A stretch of 64,000 nucleotides of DNA from Bacteroidota bacterium (GTDB lineage: Bacteria; Bacteroidota; Bacteroidia; Flavobacteriales_D; JABDKJ01), in assembly GCA_024279715.1 (NCBI GenBank), contig JAJRRH010000072.1:14572-78571 (forward strand), given 5' to 3'. The notes under the pieces are model-generated. The model made no database searches and was not told the DNA's origin. It saw nothing but the letters and a program-made list of their open reading frames with translations. This document shows, piece after piece, positions 48,769 to 59,445 of this stretch (positions within the stretch are counted from its first letter, which is position 1; each line of letters starts with the position of its first letter). The position numbers and the translations under genes are program-made.

Positions 48769-51700
48769 TTAATTCAAAATAACTAACTTCTCGAATATCT
48801 CTTCAGACAATCCGCTAGGAGTCTTGACTTTAAGCTTATAAACGTAAACGCCACGTCCCAATTTATCACCGTAGTCATCCAGGCCATTCCAGCTCACTTT
48901 TTCTGTGGCTCCTTCATGTTGAGGGATGATGGTGTTGTTTAGTGTTTTAACTAGTTTACCTGATATCGTGAACACTTGAATGCCAACGTCTAAGGTGCTG
49001 CAAGTTTGATTGTGCTGAAACATAAATTCAGTATGCGTGGTAAACGGATTTGGGTAGTTGAGAACATTTTCCAATACCAGACCTGAAGAGTTTGCTACTT
49101 CAAATGATATAGTTTTTGAAGAAGAGTTGTTATATATGTCCCAGGCTTTAATGGTTAGTGTATGCTTGCCTTGCGGTAAATCTTTTAGGGCATAACGAAG
49201 GCTTCCAGTCTGGTACGTATCTAAATCTGATTGATATAAATCGCTTAATATTATTGTACTCTGAGTGTTATCGTCAATGACTAGTGTCAAATCATGCCCA
49301 ATGCCACTGTTAGAGGTATTGATACCATGGTCATCTTTGAACTTTGCTATTAATATTGGATTTTCATTGGTAATGCTGCCTTCGATGAAGTTTTCGTTGT
49401 TTAGGAAAAGTGAGATCTCTGGACCAACAAGGTCTTCTTCCGCATTTTCATTTTGACCAGATATCTGAAAACTTTGATCACTTTCACTATTGAAATTATA
49501 CCCAAATGCATCGGAATTATCGTTCAATCCATAATAGGATACTTTACCTTCCCCTTGTTGATAGTTTATATCTTTTGGTACTATGAACGTGTATGAAAAA
49601 ACACCATTTTCAATGCTAGCATTACCCTTGTACAATATGCTGGTCTGTTGTTTAAAGGAATAAGGGTCAGATGTAATGTCGTTCTGTAAGGTTTGTTGCA
49701 CCTTGGCTTTGTCATAAACAACAGGTCTTAAAAAACCATTATAGTCTGATAAAATATTACCATTTGTGTCTTCAATGTGACCAGTGATAGTAACTTTTTG
49801 TAATGCACTAACATGATTTATTGGATTTCCTTCTTCATCCAAAATCGCATCTTGTTCGATTACATTTTTTGGATAGGCAATTTTTAAGGCAGGGTCACCA
49901 AGTAAAGTGAAGCTTCTCTTGTTGTTAGAACTAGGTATTCCATTTTTAGTAATTCTCGTTATATCTCCTAGTCTTAATCCGTTGCTAAGGGTGTTTAACC
50001 CTGACAAGCCGTAGGATACAGTTTCAGCATCTTTTTCAAAAGCGATTGCGAAAAACGCCTTGGCTAGTGTTAGATTTCCAGATGCATAAACGGGTCTAGA
50101 AGTTGATAGTAAAGCAATTGCACCACCGTTTTGATTTAGAAATAAACGTTCTCCTGCCGAAACCCTATCTGGATCATCAAATCGACTGAATTCACAGGTG
50201 GCAGTAAAAAATAAAGCGAGTTTATTATTGTTTGTAAACCCATTGATTGTTGGTAAATCAAAAATACGTTCGTGCGCCCAACCCACTTCGCCACCATGAC
50301 CGAAGTAACTTACAACTAAAGCTCCCTGTTCTATTTTTTCTCTTAAATCTTTTGCCGCCAATGGGTAGCGGTCACCGCCAGGGGTGGTTTCTTGTTGGTA
50401 GGCGTCAAGATAAATTTTTGTAAGATTGTATTCCTGGTAGGTGGTATCTATTAGGACAGCGGTGATATTGGCAGAGCCAATATGTAAGTCACCGTCTTCA
50501 TCATCACCGACAAATACGAGCTTGGTTCTCCAATCTCCGAAAACCGAATTCTCATTTGAAAAGCAGCTATTGTTCACGGCTTGTGTGTTATTACTCGTAT
50601 AGGATTTTATTTTTTGGACAGCATTCTGTGCCTCTGCGACACTGTTTATTGGGAATCTACCAATTCCAATATCCACTGTAATACCAGCTGAATCACTAGA
50701 GTTCTCCCCTTCATAATCCCCAAGAAAACCAAAATAGTCATCCGTCACAAAGGATTGGAGTGGTACTAATGAGTTTTGATTTTGATAGGAAAGGAGCAGT
50801 GGTGATGTCAGTGGGTCGATGTTCTGGTTATTGTAAGAGGCATCTCCAAATAATAGTAGGTAGTCCAACATATTTGGTTCTGATGTAGACCGGTCATAGA
50901 ACATCTTACAAAATGATTTTATAGCGGTAATATCCTGGTTGCCGCTTGAAAACTCATTGTACACCTGCATTGGCGTAACGACAGACACTAAGAGCCCTTC
51001 CTCTCTATGGTAATCCGCCAGCTCATAAGCTTGACTCAAAAATATTGGTGGCGCCAAGATAATCATATCCTGTTGTTCTAATCCATGAAGGTCTTGATTT
51101 TCAACTTGGCCAACGGCTTGAGCCGATAGATATCCTGAGTTTTTGAAAACAATAAATTCCCGTAATGAATCCCCATGAACCATAAACGATCTATCATTGC
51201 CATCCCCATTTAATGGTATTTCTTTGACGTTAATTGGATCAGTGACGTCCCAGGCTTTGAATAATGAACCGGAATTTGTAAGATTGAATTTTTGAACAAT
51301 ACCGGGGCCGATGCTATTAGCATCTCTAATAGATAATTGTGACCCTTCCATTACAAGGGCTCTGCGTGCGTTTATTTCAATATAATCAAGATAAGCCTCT
51401 TCGTGAGCATAGTCTTTTTGAAAACTAATATTTACAGATAAGTTGTCACTTGTAGGTAAAAACGGGTCGATAGTCACGGTTTTTGCAACTCCTTTAGAGT
51501 GGTAAGACCCTGTTCCTCTACCATTAACGGTAAAATACTTAGAGTTGTTGTTGCAAGATAATTCCCACTCTCCAACCTCTGGTTGTACTGTGATATTTAC
51601 AACTCGCGCCTTGACAGATACAGGACTCAAAACATCAATGTTGCTGAAAGAGAATCCCGAATTACTAAAGCTATATTCTGTTTGAAAATCAAAATGCTCA

Positions 51701-52707
51701 CCATATAATTCGCGACCCGAGGCATTCAAGTTGGTTTCATTTACCTCGTGAAAATAGTAATGGTTGAAGGTGTTAACATCCGTGAATGTATTTGTGAATA
51801 CTTCAGTAACAGTATCAATTCTTTTAGGAGGATCTATTCCTATTCCAATAAAATAATAGGCTTTGCTTGAAAAACGATGTTTCTCATGGGTAAATGCAGT
51901 GTTGTCAGAATTCAATGTCCAAGTATGAGGCCCCTTACCGTAGAAAAGTATGTAATCATTACTGTCAAAACTACCATCCTCTGCTCCATGAATGTATATG
52001 CTATTTAGCTGAATATCATCGTGTCTATGTATGGAATTCTCCAAAGGTAACATCTGTCCTCCATTTCCATATACATTAATCTGATTGGGATCTAAATTAT
52101 TAATATCAATACCTAATCCCGATAAAAAATTATAATCCATTTTATAAATTCCATCTTGAGTTATGGAAACCTTATACCAATCTCCAGACTGAAGTTTGGA
52201 ATGTTCTGCAAAATCAAACCCCGACCCTTTATTTAATGAAGAAGTGCCGAAAGTCTCAATTTGAATAGTAGCGCTCACCAATATTTCTATTTCACCACGC
52301 TTATTCAATCGGATAGGAATCATAGAAATGTGCAGGTTGTTTGCTTTGCGAGTATCTGCTATATAATGGTTGATAATAAGCTCATTGCTTATCATTGCCC
52401 GCTCATCTTTGTTAAGGCTGATTGCACTTGTCAGGATAATATATTTTTCATTAGACAAGTGAATAGAGACTCTATCTATGTGATTTAAAAGAGGGTAAAA
52501 ATTCACAAACATTGGAAGGCTATTTGAAATAGGGTCTGTCTGACTATCATCAAACACCAATTGACTTATGTCTGAGATGTTTGATTTGGTTTGCTCAGGC
52601 GTATAATTCCAATTTAGCTTGATATCATAGTCTTTTCCTTGTGACATCGTGCTTATCAACAGTAAAAGTGTCAAAAGAAATTTATTTTTTGGAGAGAGGA
52701 GTCGCAT
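48769..52707 (-). CDS. porU: Type IX secretion system C-terminal signal peptidase/sortase PorU (peptidase C25-like)
   Basis: 1312 aa. Gingipain-like central region (LLFGDASYN..., FGHGGEVGWAHE, TATCEFSRFDDP) and its own CTD-like tail (GRGVYVYKLKVKTPSG). porU-porV-cdd order. Confidence 0.85.
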   Translation of the reverse strand: MRLLSPKNKFLLTLLLLISTMSQGKDYDIKLNWNYTPEQTKSNISDISQLVFDDSQTDPISNSLPMFVNFYPLLNHIDRVSIHLSNEKYIILTSAISLNKDERAMISNELIINHYIADTRKANNLHISMIPIRLNKRGEIEILVSATIQIETFGTSSLNKGSGFDFAEHSKLQSGDWYKVSITQDGIYKMDYNFLSGLGIDINNLDPNQINVYGNGGQMLPLENSIHRHDDIQLNSIYIHGAEDGSFDSNDYILFYGKGPHTWTLNSDNTAFTHEKHRFSSKAYYFIGIGIDPPKRIDTVTEVFTNTFTDVNTFNHYYFHEVNETNLNASGRELYGEHFDFQTEYSFSNSGFSFSNIDVLSPVSVKARVVNITVQPEVGEWELSCNNNSKYFTVNGRGTGSYHSKGVAKTVTIDPFLPTSDNLSVNISFQKDYAHEEAYLDYIEINARRALVMEGSQLSIRDANSIGPGIVQKFNLTNSGSLFKAWDVTDPINVKEIPLNGDGNDRSFMVHGDSLREFIVFKNSGYLSAQAVGQVENQDLHGLEQQDMIILAPPIFLSQAYELADYHREEGLLVSVVTPMQVYNEFSSGNQDITAIKSFCKMFYDRSTSEPNMLDYLLLFGDASYNNQNIDPLTSPLLLSYQNQNSLVPLQSFVTDDYFGFLGDYEGENSSDSAGITVDIGIGRFPINSVAEAQNAVQKIKSYTSNNTQAVNNSCFSNENSVFGDWRTKLVFVGDDEDGDLHIGSANITAVLIDTTYQEYNLTKIYLDAYQQETTPGGDRYPLAAKDLREKIEQGALVVSYFGHGGEVGWAHERIFDLPTINGFTNNNKLALFFTATCEFSRFDDPDRVSAGERLFLNQNGGAIALLSTSRPVYASGNLTLAKAFFAIAFEKDAETVSYGLSGLNTLSNGLRLGDITRITKNGIPSSNNKRSFTLLGDPALKIAYPKNVIEQDAILDEEGNPINHVSALQKVTITGHIEDTNGNILSDYNGFLRPVVYDKAKVQQTLQNDITSDPYSFKQQTSILYKGNASIENGVFSYTFIVPKDINYQQGEGKVSYYGLNDNSDAFGYNFNSESDQSFQISGQNENAEEDLVGPEISLFLNNENFIEGSITNENPILIAKFKDDHGINTSNSGIGHDLTLVIDDNTQSTIILSDLYQSDLDTYQTGSLRYALKDLPQGKHTLTIKAWDIYNNSSSKTISFEVANSSGLVLENVLNYPNPFTTHTEFMFQHNQTCSTLDVGIQVFTISGKLVKTLNNTIIPQHEGATEKVSWNGLDDYGDKLGRGVYVYKLKVKTPSGLSEEIFEKLVILN

Positions 52708-52897
52708 TATTTGTTTTTTTCAAAGATTATAAATAGCCGAATGTATATGGGTTACTAATTGGACATTTTACCATCGTTAAAGTATTGAGTTCTTGAACGC
52801 TTACTTTAGGGGTTTATTGTAAATGTTGGGTCTAATTTGAAACAAAGTTAAAATAAATGCGTAACATTGTAGGCTATTATTGATAAATACCAATAGA

Positions 52898-53878
52898 ATG
52901 AAATTCAAAAGAGTATTAAAATACGGAGTCGTTTGTGGACTGTTAATGATTTTTTCCTGGGATACAGCCCAGGCTCAGGATCCTCAGTTTTCGCAGTTTT
53001 ATGCTAACCCACTGTACTTAAACCCTGCATTTGCAGGGACAGTTAAGTGCCCTAGGTTTGCAATGAATTACAGAAACCAATGGGGTGCACTGACTGGAAA
53101 TTATGTAACATACAGTGCGTCATATGATCAGCACGTACCTGTGATATCAGGTGGAGTCGGTGTAATAGTGACAAGAGACATAGCCGGACAAGGTACACTC
53201 AGCACTACTTCGGCTACTGGAATATATTCCTACCAACGACCAATAAATAGATATTTCTCTGTAAAACTGGGAGTTGCAGCAACATTTGTACAAAAGAGCC
53301 TTAATTGGGAGCGCCTTACATTCGGTGACCAAATAGACTCAAGGAGAGGGTTTATTTACACAACAAATGAAATTCCTAGAGGTGGATCCAAAAGTTATGC
53401 TGATTTCTCAGCTGGCGTACTCGGATTTAGTGATAAATATTATTTCGGAGCAGCGGCACATCACTTGAATCAGCCCAATGAGTCCTTGATTCATGGGGAA
53501 GATAGATTACCTATCAGATTTACGGCACATGCCGGAATGGTTCTGCCATTAACAACAAAGGGTGGCAGAGGACGAAAAGAAGCTTCCATCTCTCCAAATG
53601 TACTATATCAGGTACAGGGAGATTTTGATCAAATAAACATTGGGGTATACGTACGCAACGGTCCGTTAGTGTTTGGGGTATGGCATAGGTTTCAGGATGC
53701 TGTGATTGGTTTAGTCGGTATTCACGCGGGGACATTGAAAATAGGATACTCATATGACTTAACAGTCTCAGATCAAACGCCAAAAACAGGTGGGTCACAC
53801 GAAGTGTCCCTCTCTAAGACATTGAAATGTAAAAGAAGAAAAGTAACAATGAGGGCAATAAATTGCCCATCATTTTAG
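52898..53878 (+). CDS. PorP/SprF-family T9SS-associated outer-membrane protein
   Basis: Signal peptide followed by the hallmark block QDPQFSQFYANPLYLNPAFAG, then a beta-barrel pattern. ATG 52898 is preferred over TTG 52880. Confidence 0.85.
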   Translation: MKFKRVLKYGVVCGLLMIFSWDTAQAQDPQFSQFYANPLYLNPAFAGTVKCPRFAMNYRNQWGALTGNYVTYSASYDQHVPVISGGVGVIVTRDIAGQGTLSTTSATGIYSYQRPINRYFSVKLGVAATFVQKSLNWERLTFGDQIDSRRGFIYTTNEIPRGGSKSYADFSAGVLGFSDKYYFGAAAHHLNQPNESLIHGEDRLPIRFTAHAGMVLPLTTKGGRGRKEASISPNVLYQVQGDFDQINIGVYVRNGPLVFGVWHRFQDAVIGLVGIHAGTLKIGYSYDLTVSDQTPKTGGSHEVSLSKTLKCKRRKVTMRAINCPSF

Positions 53879-53919
53879 TTTAAACGAGCAAGGAAAATTT
53901 AACAAAACACAGAAATAAC

Positions 53920-55662
53920 ATGAAACCAGTATTTCACAGTATGTATAAATTCTTATTATTATGTGGTGTAGGAGCTATGTTTTTGACATCATGTCAAAAA
54001 GATACTTCATCTGCCACCGGATGGAATTATAACGATGAACGCAACGGGGGATTTGAAAAATCGCCATACGTTGAACAAGAAACAGGGCCAGGGTTGATTC
54101 TAATTGAAGGGGGGTCTTTCACTATGGGTCGATCAGAAGAAGATGTTAATTATGACTGGAATAATCAGCCAAGAAAAGTTACAATTTCTTCCTTCTATAT
54201 GGACGAAACAGAGATAACCAACCTGCACTGGAGCGAATACCTGTATTGGTTGAGGCGTGTGTATGGCACCAATTATCCTGAGATTTATCGAAAAGCACTT
54301 CCAGATACACTGGTTTGGAGAGAGAAAATGGCTTATAACGAGCCTTACGTAGAATATTATCTTCGTCACCCTGCGTATCAAGACTACCCTGTAGTAGGAG
54401 TGAATTGGTTGCAAGCCAACGATTACTGTGCATGGAGAACAGATAGGGTAAACGAAGTTATTCTTATTCGTGAAGGATTGTTTGAACACTTCCCTCAACA
54501 GTTTGATGAAGATCACTTTTCTACGGATGCATATCTTGCCGGACAGTACCAAAGTGGAAAGAGAGCAGAAGGGATCCCTTCACTGAATCCCGATCAAGAG
54601 TATAGAAACGTAAATATGAACGATGGTATTCTTTTGCCTCGTTATAGACTACCAACGGAAGCAGAATGGGAATTTGCCGCTTATGGATTGATTGGTAATT
54701 CATTTCAAGAGCTTGTAAATAATCGTAAAATTTATCCTTGGAATGGCCACTATGTAAGAAATGATGATCCTAACGATAAAATGTATGGCGCCATGAATGC
54801 CAACTTCGTTAGAGGCAGAGGTGATTACATGGGAGTCGCAGGTAGCCTAAATGATAATGCGGATATAACAGCGCCAGTTTATTCATACCCGCCAAATGAT
54901 TATGGGTTATATAACATGGCTGGAAACGTCAGTGAATGGGTATTGGATGTATATCGTCCATTGACCTCAGAAGATGAAGCCGAATTTCGTCCTTTCAGAG
55001 GTAATGTATTCAAAACTAAAGTGCGTAACAGTGAAGGTGGATTAGTAGATAAGCATGAAAGTGCTGCGTATGACGTAGATGGTGTTTATCATTACCTGAC
55101 ACAATTTCAGTCAATAACGGAAGATAAATTGTCGCAAGATGAGGTTAATGTTGTAGAAGAATCTATGAGTATTATGAACGAGGCAAAAACCATGAAAGAT
55201 GACCGAAAATTTGATGATGCAAATTCTCAAGTTTTAAGAGCAATAGAGTTCATAAAGGCTAGTGATGTAGAGATTGCCGCAAAATTAATTGATGGTATTT
55301 CTGATTATTTAGAAAGCGAACCTGGAAGTATGAAGTGGAGAGATGTTACAGTAGAAGAGAATATCGATAGACGAAACTACAGAGAAGCTGATTATATCAA
55401 TCACCTTGATGGTGACAAAGCGTCAAGTATTTACTATGACCAAGAGGAAGTAGAGGGTAACTTGATGTATGACTGGGGTATTGTAACGCTTGTGAGTGAT
55501 CGATCAAGAGTATACAAAGGAGGTTCATGGAGAGATAGAGCTTATTATTTAGTTCCGTCAGCAAGAAGACATCTTGATGAAAGACATGCCAATGCCACTA
55601 TTGGATTCCGTTGTGCAATGGATAGAATTGGTAGCCCAAGAGGACTAGGCGCGGATTATTAA
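53920..55662 (+). CDS. gldJ: Gliding motility / T9SS lipoprotein GldJ (FGE-sulfatase/SUMF1-like fold)
   Basis: Lipobox FLTSC followed by ATGWNYNDERNGGFE. SUMF1-like blocks (GGSFTMG, NVSEWV, GGSWRD, GFRCA). gldJ-murF adjacency, as in Flavobacterium as I recall. Confidence 0.85.
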   Translation: MKPVFHSMYKFLLLCGVGAMFLTSCQKDTSSATGWNYNDERNGGFEKSPYVEQETGPGLILIEGGSFTMGRSEEDVNYDWNNQPRKVTISSFYMDETEITNLHWSEYLYWLRRVYGTNYPEIYRKALPDTLVWREKMAYNEPYVEYYLRHPAYQDYPVVGVNWLQANDYCAWRTDRVNEVILIREGLFEHFPQQFDEDHFSTDAYLAGQYQSGKRAEGIPSLNPDQEYRNVNMNDGILLPRYRLPTEAEWEFAAYGLIGNSFQELVNNRKIYPWNGHYVRNDDPNDKMYGAMNANFVRGRGDYMGVAGSLNDNADITAPVYSYPPNDYGLYNMAGNVSEWVLDVYRPLTSEDEAEFRPFRGNVFKTKVRNSEGGLVDKHESAAYDVDGVYHYLTQFQSITEDKLSQDEVNVVEESMSIMNEAKTMKDDRKFDDANSQVLRAIEFIKASDVEIAAKLIDGISDYLESEPGSMKWRDVTVEENIDRRNYREADYINHLDGDKASSIYYDQEEVEGNLMYDWGIVTLVSDRSRVYKGGSWRDRAYYLVPSARRHLDERHANATIGFRCAMDRIGSPRGLGADY

Positions 55663-55689
55663 CCATTAGTTATTACAAAATATTTTAAA

Positions 55690-55720
55690 GTCCCTCATGT
55701 TTTCATGAGGGACTTTTTTT
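55690..55720 (+). terminator. Intrinsic terminator after gldJ
   Basis: 10-bp stem GTCCCTCATG/CATGAGGGAC with TTTT loop, followed by T7. Confidence 0.8.
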
Positions 55721-55729
55721 CTTTGTCGA

Positions 55730-57013
55730 ATGAATATAGAGAGTATTTATAATATTTTTAAAAAGTATCCACTAATTACTACGGATAGTAGGAATATTAG
55801 TGAGGGGGCTATGTTTTTTGCCCTAAAGGGAGAGAACTTCAATGGAAATAAATTTGCATTGGATGCATTAAACAAAGGCGCAGCCTATGCGATTATCGAT
55901 GAGGCTCAGTATTTAGAAAATGATAGAACGATATTGGTGAAGGATGTTTTAACAACACTTCAAGACCTTGCTAAATATCATAGAAGCCAATTGTCAATAA
56001 CAATTCTTGGATTAACAGGTAGTAATGGTAAGACAACCACCAAGGAGCTCGTACACTCTGTTTTAAAAAGAAAATATAATTGCCTTGCAACCATAGGTAA
56101 TTTCAACAATCATATAGGTGTGCCGCTTACTCTTTTGCGGATAAATGAAACCCATGAAATAGCAATTATCGAAATGGGAGCAAATCATGTGGGTGAGATT
56201 GAGTTTCTATGTGATATTGCCAAGCCAAATCATGGTTTGATTACTAATATCGGAAGAGCCCACTTAGGTGAGTTCGGTGGTTTTGATAAGGTGATACAAG
56301 CCAAACTAGAGCTTTATAAGGCAATAAAAAAAGATAAAGAACTGCTCTTTGTTAATGGCAATGACGAATTGTTGATGGAGCGTTCTAAGAACCATAAGCG
56401 AAAGATATATAACTCACAGACTGAGGAAGGTGTACATGGAAAGTATTTATCACAAACACCATTGTTGAATGTATTGTGGATTGACCATACGCTAAAAATC
56501 AGAACCAATTTGATAGGTAAGTATAACTATGAAAATATAATGGCAGCTATTGCTATTGGAGCCCACTTCAGTATCAGTCCGAATGAAATACAAGCTGCTC
56601 TAGAAGATTATACTCCTGCTAATAACAGGTCCCAAATAGTAAGAACAGAAAGGAATACACTTATCATGGATGCATATAATGCAAATCCATCAAGTGTTGA
56701 GGTGGCGTTAGAGAATCTGATATCTATGGAAAGCGATGATAAATTTTTTATTCTTGGGGATATGCTTGAATTAGGCGAAGATTCTCATGAAGAACATCAG
56801 AATATTTACAGTATGGCTGTTGAAAATAAGCTTAATGGGGTTTTTATAGGAAAGGAGTACATGGCGATTTTCAAACCTAGAGAGGGGTTTTTTTGTTATG
56901 AAAATACAGCCATAGCGCAAGAAAAAATTCCCGGTCTTTCATTAAAAGACAAACTTATTCTTTTAAAAGGATCGAGAGGGATAAAGCTTGAAGTTTTGCG
57001 ACCACTTCTTTAG
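55730..57013 (+). CDS. murF: UDP-N-acetylmuramoyl-tripeptide--D-alanyl-D-alanine ligase
   Basis: Mur ligase P-loop GLTGSNGKTTTKE, MDAYNANPSS and a C-terminal GSRG block. Confidence 0.9.
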   Translation: MNIESIYNIFKKYPLITTDSRNISEGAMFFALKGENFNGNKFALDALNKGAAYAIIDEAQYLENDRTILVKDVLTTLQDLAKYHRSQLSITILGLTGSNGKTTTKELVHSVLKRKYNCLATIGNFNNHIGVPLTLLRINETHEIAIIEMGANHVGEIEFLCDIAKPNHGLITNIGRAHLGEFGGFDKVIQAKLELYKAIKKDKELLFVNGNDELLMERSKNHKRKIYNSQTEEGVHGKYLSQTPLLNVLWIDHTLKIRTNLIGKYNYENIMAAIAIGAHFSISPNEIQAALEDYTPANNRSQIVRTERNTLIMDAYNANPSSVEVALENLISMESDDKFFILGDMLELGEDSHEEHQNIYSMAVENKLNGVFIGKEYMAIFKPREGFFCYENTAIAQEKIPGLSLKDKLILLKGSRGIKLEVLRPLL

Positions 57014-57020
57014 TTTAGAA

Positions 57021-58163
57021 TTAGTCTCTCAATATTCCTCTAGAAATCACTATTCTATTCACTTCCGAAGTACCTTCATATATCTGAGTGATTTTAGCAT
57101 CTCTCATTAATCGCTCTACATGATATTCTTTTACGAATCCATATCCGCCATGTATTTGAACCGCTTCAACGGTAGTTTTCATAGCCGTTTCAGATGCAAA
57201 TACCTTAGCCATTGATCCAGCCATATTGTAGTCTTTTCCATTATCTTTTAGCCATGCAGCTTTAAGACATAACAATCGACTTAATTCAATTTCGGTAGCC
57301 ATATCAGCCAATTTAAAAGCAATAATTTGGTGTTTGCTAATTTCTTTACCAAAAGCTTTTCTTTCTTTAGAATATGCTAAAGCTAACTCATAGGCTCCTG
57401 CCGCAATACCCAGTGCTTGTGAAGCAATGCCAATCCTTCCGCCAGCTATGGTTTTCATAGCGAATTTAAATCCAAAACCATCTTCTCCAATTCTGTTCTC
57501 TACCGGTACACGAACGTCTTGAAACATCAAAGTATGTGTGTCCGATCCACGAATTCCAAGTTTATTCTCCTTAGGACCTACAATGAACCCTTCCATACCT
57601 CGCTCAACAATGAAAGCGTTGATGCCTTTGTGTTTCTTTTCAGGGTCGGTTTGAGCGATTACCAGATATATAGAAGCCGTGCCACCATTGGTAATCCAGT
57701 TTTTTGTACCATTAATGATATAATGGTCACCATCTCTTACAGCGGTAGTACTTTGGGAAGTAGCATCTGAACCGGCCTCTGGTTCACTTAAACAGAAAGC
57801 GCCAATTTTTTCTCCTTTAGCTAAAGGAACAAGATACTTTTGTTTTTGTTCTTCCGTGCCATACATCTCCAACCCCCAACAAACCAAAGAATTATTTACG
57901 GAAACCAATACAGAAACTGAAGCATCTACCTTGGAAAGTTCTTCCATTGCCAATACGTAAGACACGGCATCCATTCCACTTCCACCATATTTTGGATCTA
58001 CCATCATACCCAAAAAGCCAAGTTCAGCCAATTGCTTTACTTCTTCTTCCGCAAATTTCTGTTTCTCATCTCGTTCTATCACCCCCGGTAAAAGTACATT
58101 CTGAGCAAAATCTCTTGCCGCATCCCTAACAGCTAACTGTTCTTCTGATAAACTAAAATCCAT
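57021..58163 (-). CDS. Acyl-CoA dehydrogenase (short/medium-chain type)
   Basis: [13 protein letters not shown], a catalytic-base region YEGTSEV and a FAD-binding pattern; 380 aa. Confidence 0.9.
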   Translation of the reverse strand: MDFSLSEEQLAVRDAARDFAQNVLLPGVIERDEKQKFAEEEVKQLAELGFLGMMVDPKYGGSGMDAVSYVLAMEELSKVDASVSVLVSVNNSLVCWGLEMYGTEEQKQKYLVPLAKGEKIGAFCLSEPEAGSDATSQSTTAVRDGDHYIINGTKNWITNGGTASIYLVIAQTDPEKKHKGINAFIVERGMEGFIVGPKENKLGIRGSDTHTLMFQDVRVPVENRIGEDGFGFKFAMKTIAGGRIGIASQALGIAAGAYELALAYSKERKAFGKEISKHQIIAFKLADMATEIELSRLLCLKAAWLKDNGKDYNMAGSMAKVFASETAMKTTVEAVQIHGGYGFVKEYHVERLMRDAKITQIYEGTSEVNRIVISRGILRD

Positions 58164-58278
58164 AATAATCTTCCTATTTATAACAACTGCAAAAGTATGT
58201 TATTCTTCTATTATTTCCTACAAACACCTAGTTTTTCATAATTCTATTCTTTCGGCATCTCATCAAGTTAATTGCGGT

Positions 58279-58286
58279 TAACTTTG
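58279..58286 (+). promoter_or_regulatory. -7 promoter box TAACTTTG
   Basis: Exact TAnnTTTG match 26 nt upstream of the anmK ATG. Confidence 0.4.
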
Positions 58287-58312
58287 AATATTGAAATTTA
58301 TAGAAATGTCCC

Positions 58313-59371
58313 ATGTATAAAAAGTATAGTGTAATTGGATTGATGTCAGGTACATCTTTGGATGGTGTTGATTTAGCATTTTGTGAGTTTGAGTACGAAA
58401 ATGAATGGACATTCAAAATACGGTTTGCAAAAACCTATAAATATACCCAAAAATGGCAAGATTTATTGAGGAATATAACACAAGTCAACGAGCAGTACCT
58501 CATTGAAATTCATAAGGAATTAGGCGAGTATTACGGACGATTAATACAAAGTTTCTGCCAAGAGTATCAAATTATACCTGACTTTATCTCATCCCATGGT
58601 CATACAGTTTTTCATCAGCCTGACATTGGTATCACCTTGCAAATTGGAAGTGGCGAATCCATGGCGAGAATTACTCACATGAAAGTAATCAATGATTTCA
58701 GATCAAAAGATGTAAAGCTTGGAGGACAAGGTGCTCCCTTAGTACCAATAGGAGATCTACTTCTCTTCTCGGAATATGATTACTGTCTTAATTTGGGTGG
58801 TTTTTCCAATATATCCTACCAAGAGAATGATAGAAGAATGGCATTTGATATCTGCCCAATGAACATGCCACTCAATGAGTTGGCAAGATCAGTTGGCAAG
58901 GAATACGACCAAGGCGGACAGATGGCTAAAGAAGGGTTGATTAATATCGAATTATTAGAAAAGCTAAACAGCCTAGCGTATTATCAAAAACCACCCCCTA
59001 AATCTCTGGGAGTAGAATGGTATAATAGTTCATTTAAAAATTTATTGAATGAAAAGCGAATACTTACTCAGGATGTTTTGCGAACGGTAGTCGAGCATGT
59101 TTCCATACAAATTTCTAATGCGACAAAGCAAAAAACACAAGGAAAAATTCTTGTCACAGGTGGCGGAGCTTTCAATGATTTCTTTATCTCTAGATTAAGG
59201 CAACATTGCAATTTGGAAATCATAATACCTGATCCGATACTCGTTGAGTATAAAGAAGCTTTAATATTTGCTTTCCTTGGTGTGCTTCGTGTAGAGAATA
59301 AAAATAACGTGCTAAGTTCAGTCACGGGCGCTTCTGATAATCATTGTAGCGGTGTTATTCATAACCCATAA
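58313..59371 (+). CDS. anmK: Anhydro-N-acetylmuramic acid kinase
   Basis: N-terminal IGLMSGTSLDGVDLA motif and a C-terminal GGGAFN block. Confidence 0.9.
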   Translation: MYKKYSVIGLMSGTSLDGVDLAFCEFEYENEWTFKIRFAKTYKYTQKWQDLLRNITQVNEQYLIEIHKELGEYYGRLIQSFCQEYQIIPDFISSHGHTVFHQPDIGITLQIGSGESMARITHMKVINDFRSKDVKLGGQGAPLVPIGDLLLFSEYDYCLNLGGFSNISYQENDRRMAFDICPMNMPLNELARSVGKEYDQGGQMAKEGLINIELLEKLNSLAYYQKPPPKSLGVEWYNSSFKNLLNEKRILTQDVLRTVVEHVSIQISNATKQKTQGKILVTGGGAFNDFFISRLRQHCNLEIIIPDPILVEYKEALIFAFLGVLRVENKNNVLSSVTGASDNHCSGVIHNP

Positions 59372-59445
59372 TTTTAAACTATATTCGCAACATTATTTTT
59401 AGGTAATAAAAAAGACTAATAAGCTACAAAAAGAGTAAAAAATCA

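Noticed and set aside
54133-54552. 139-aa and 84-aa minus-strand ORFs inside gldJ
   Set aside because: They are shadow ORFs opposite a strongly supported gldJ reading frame.
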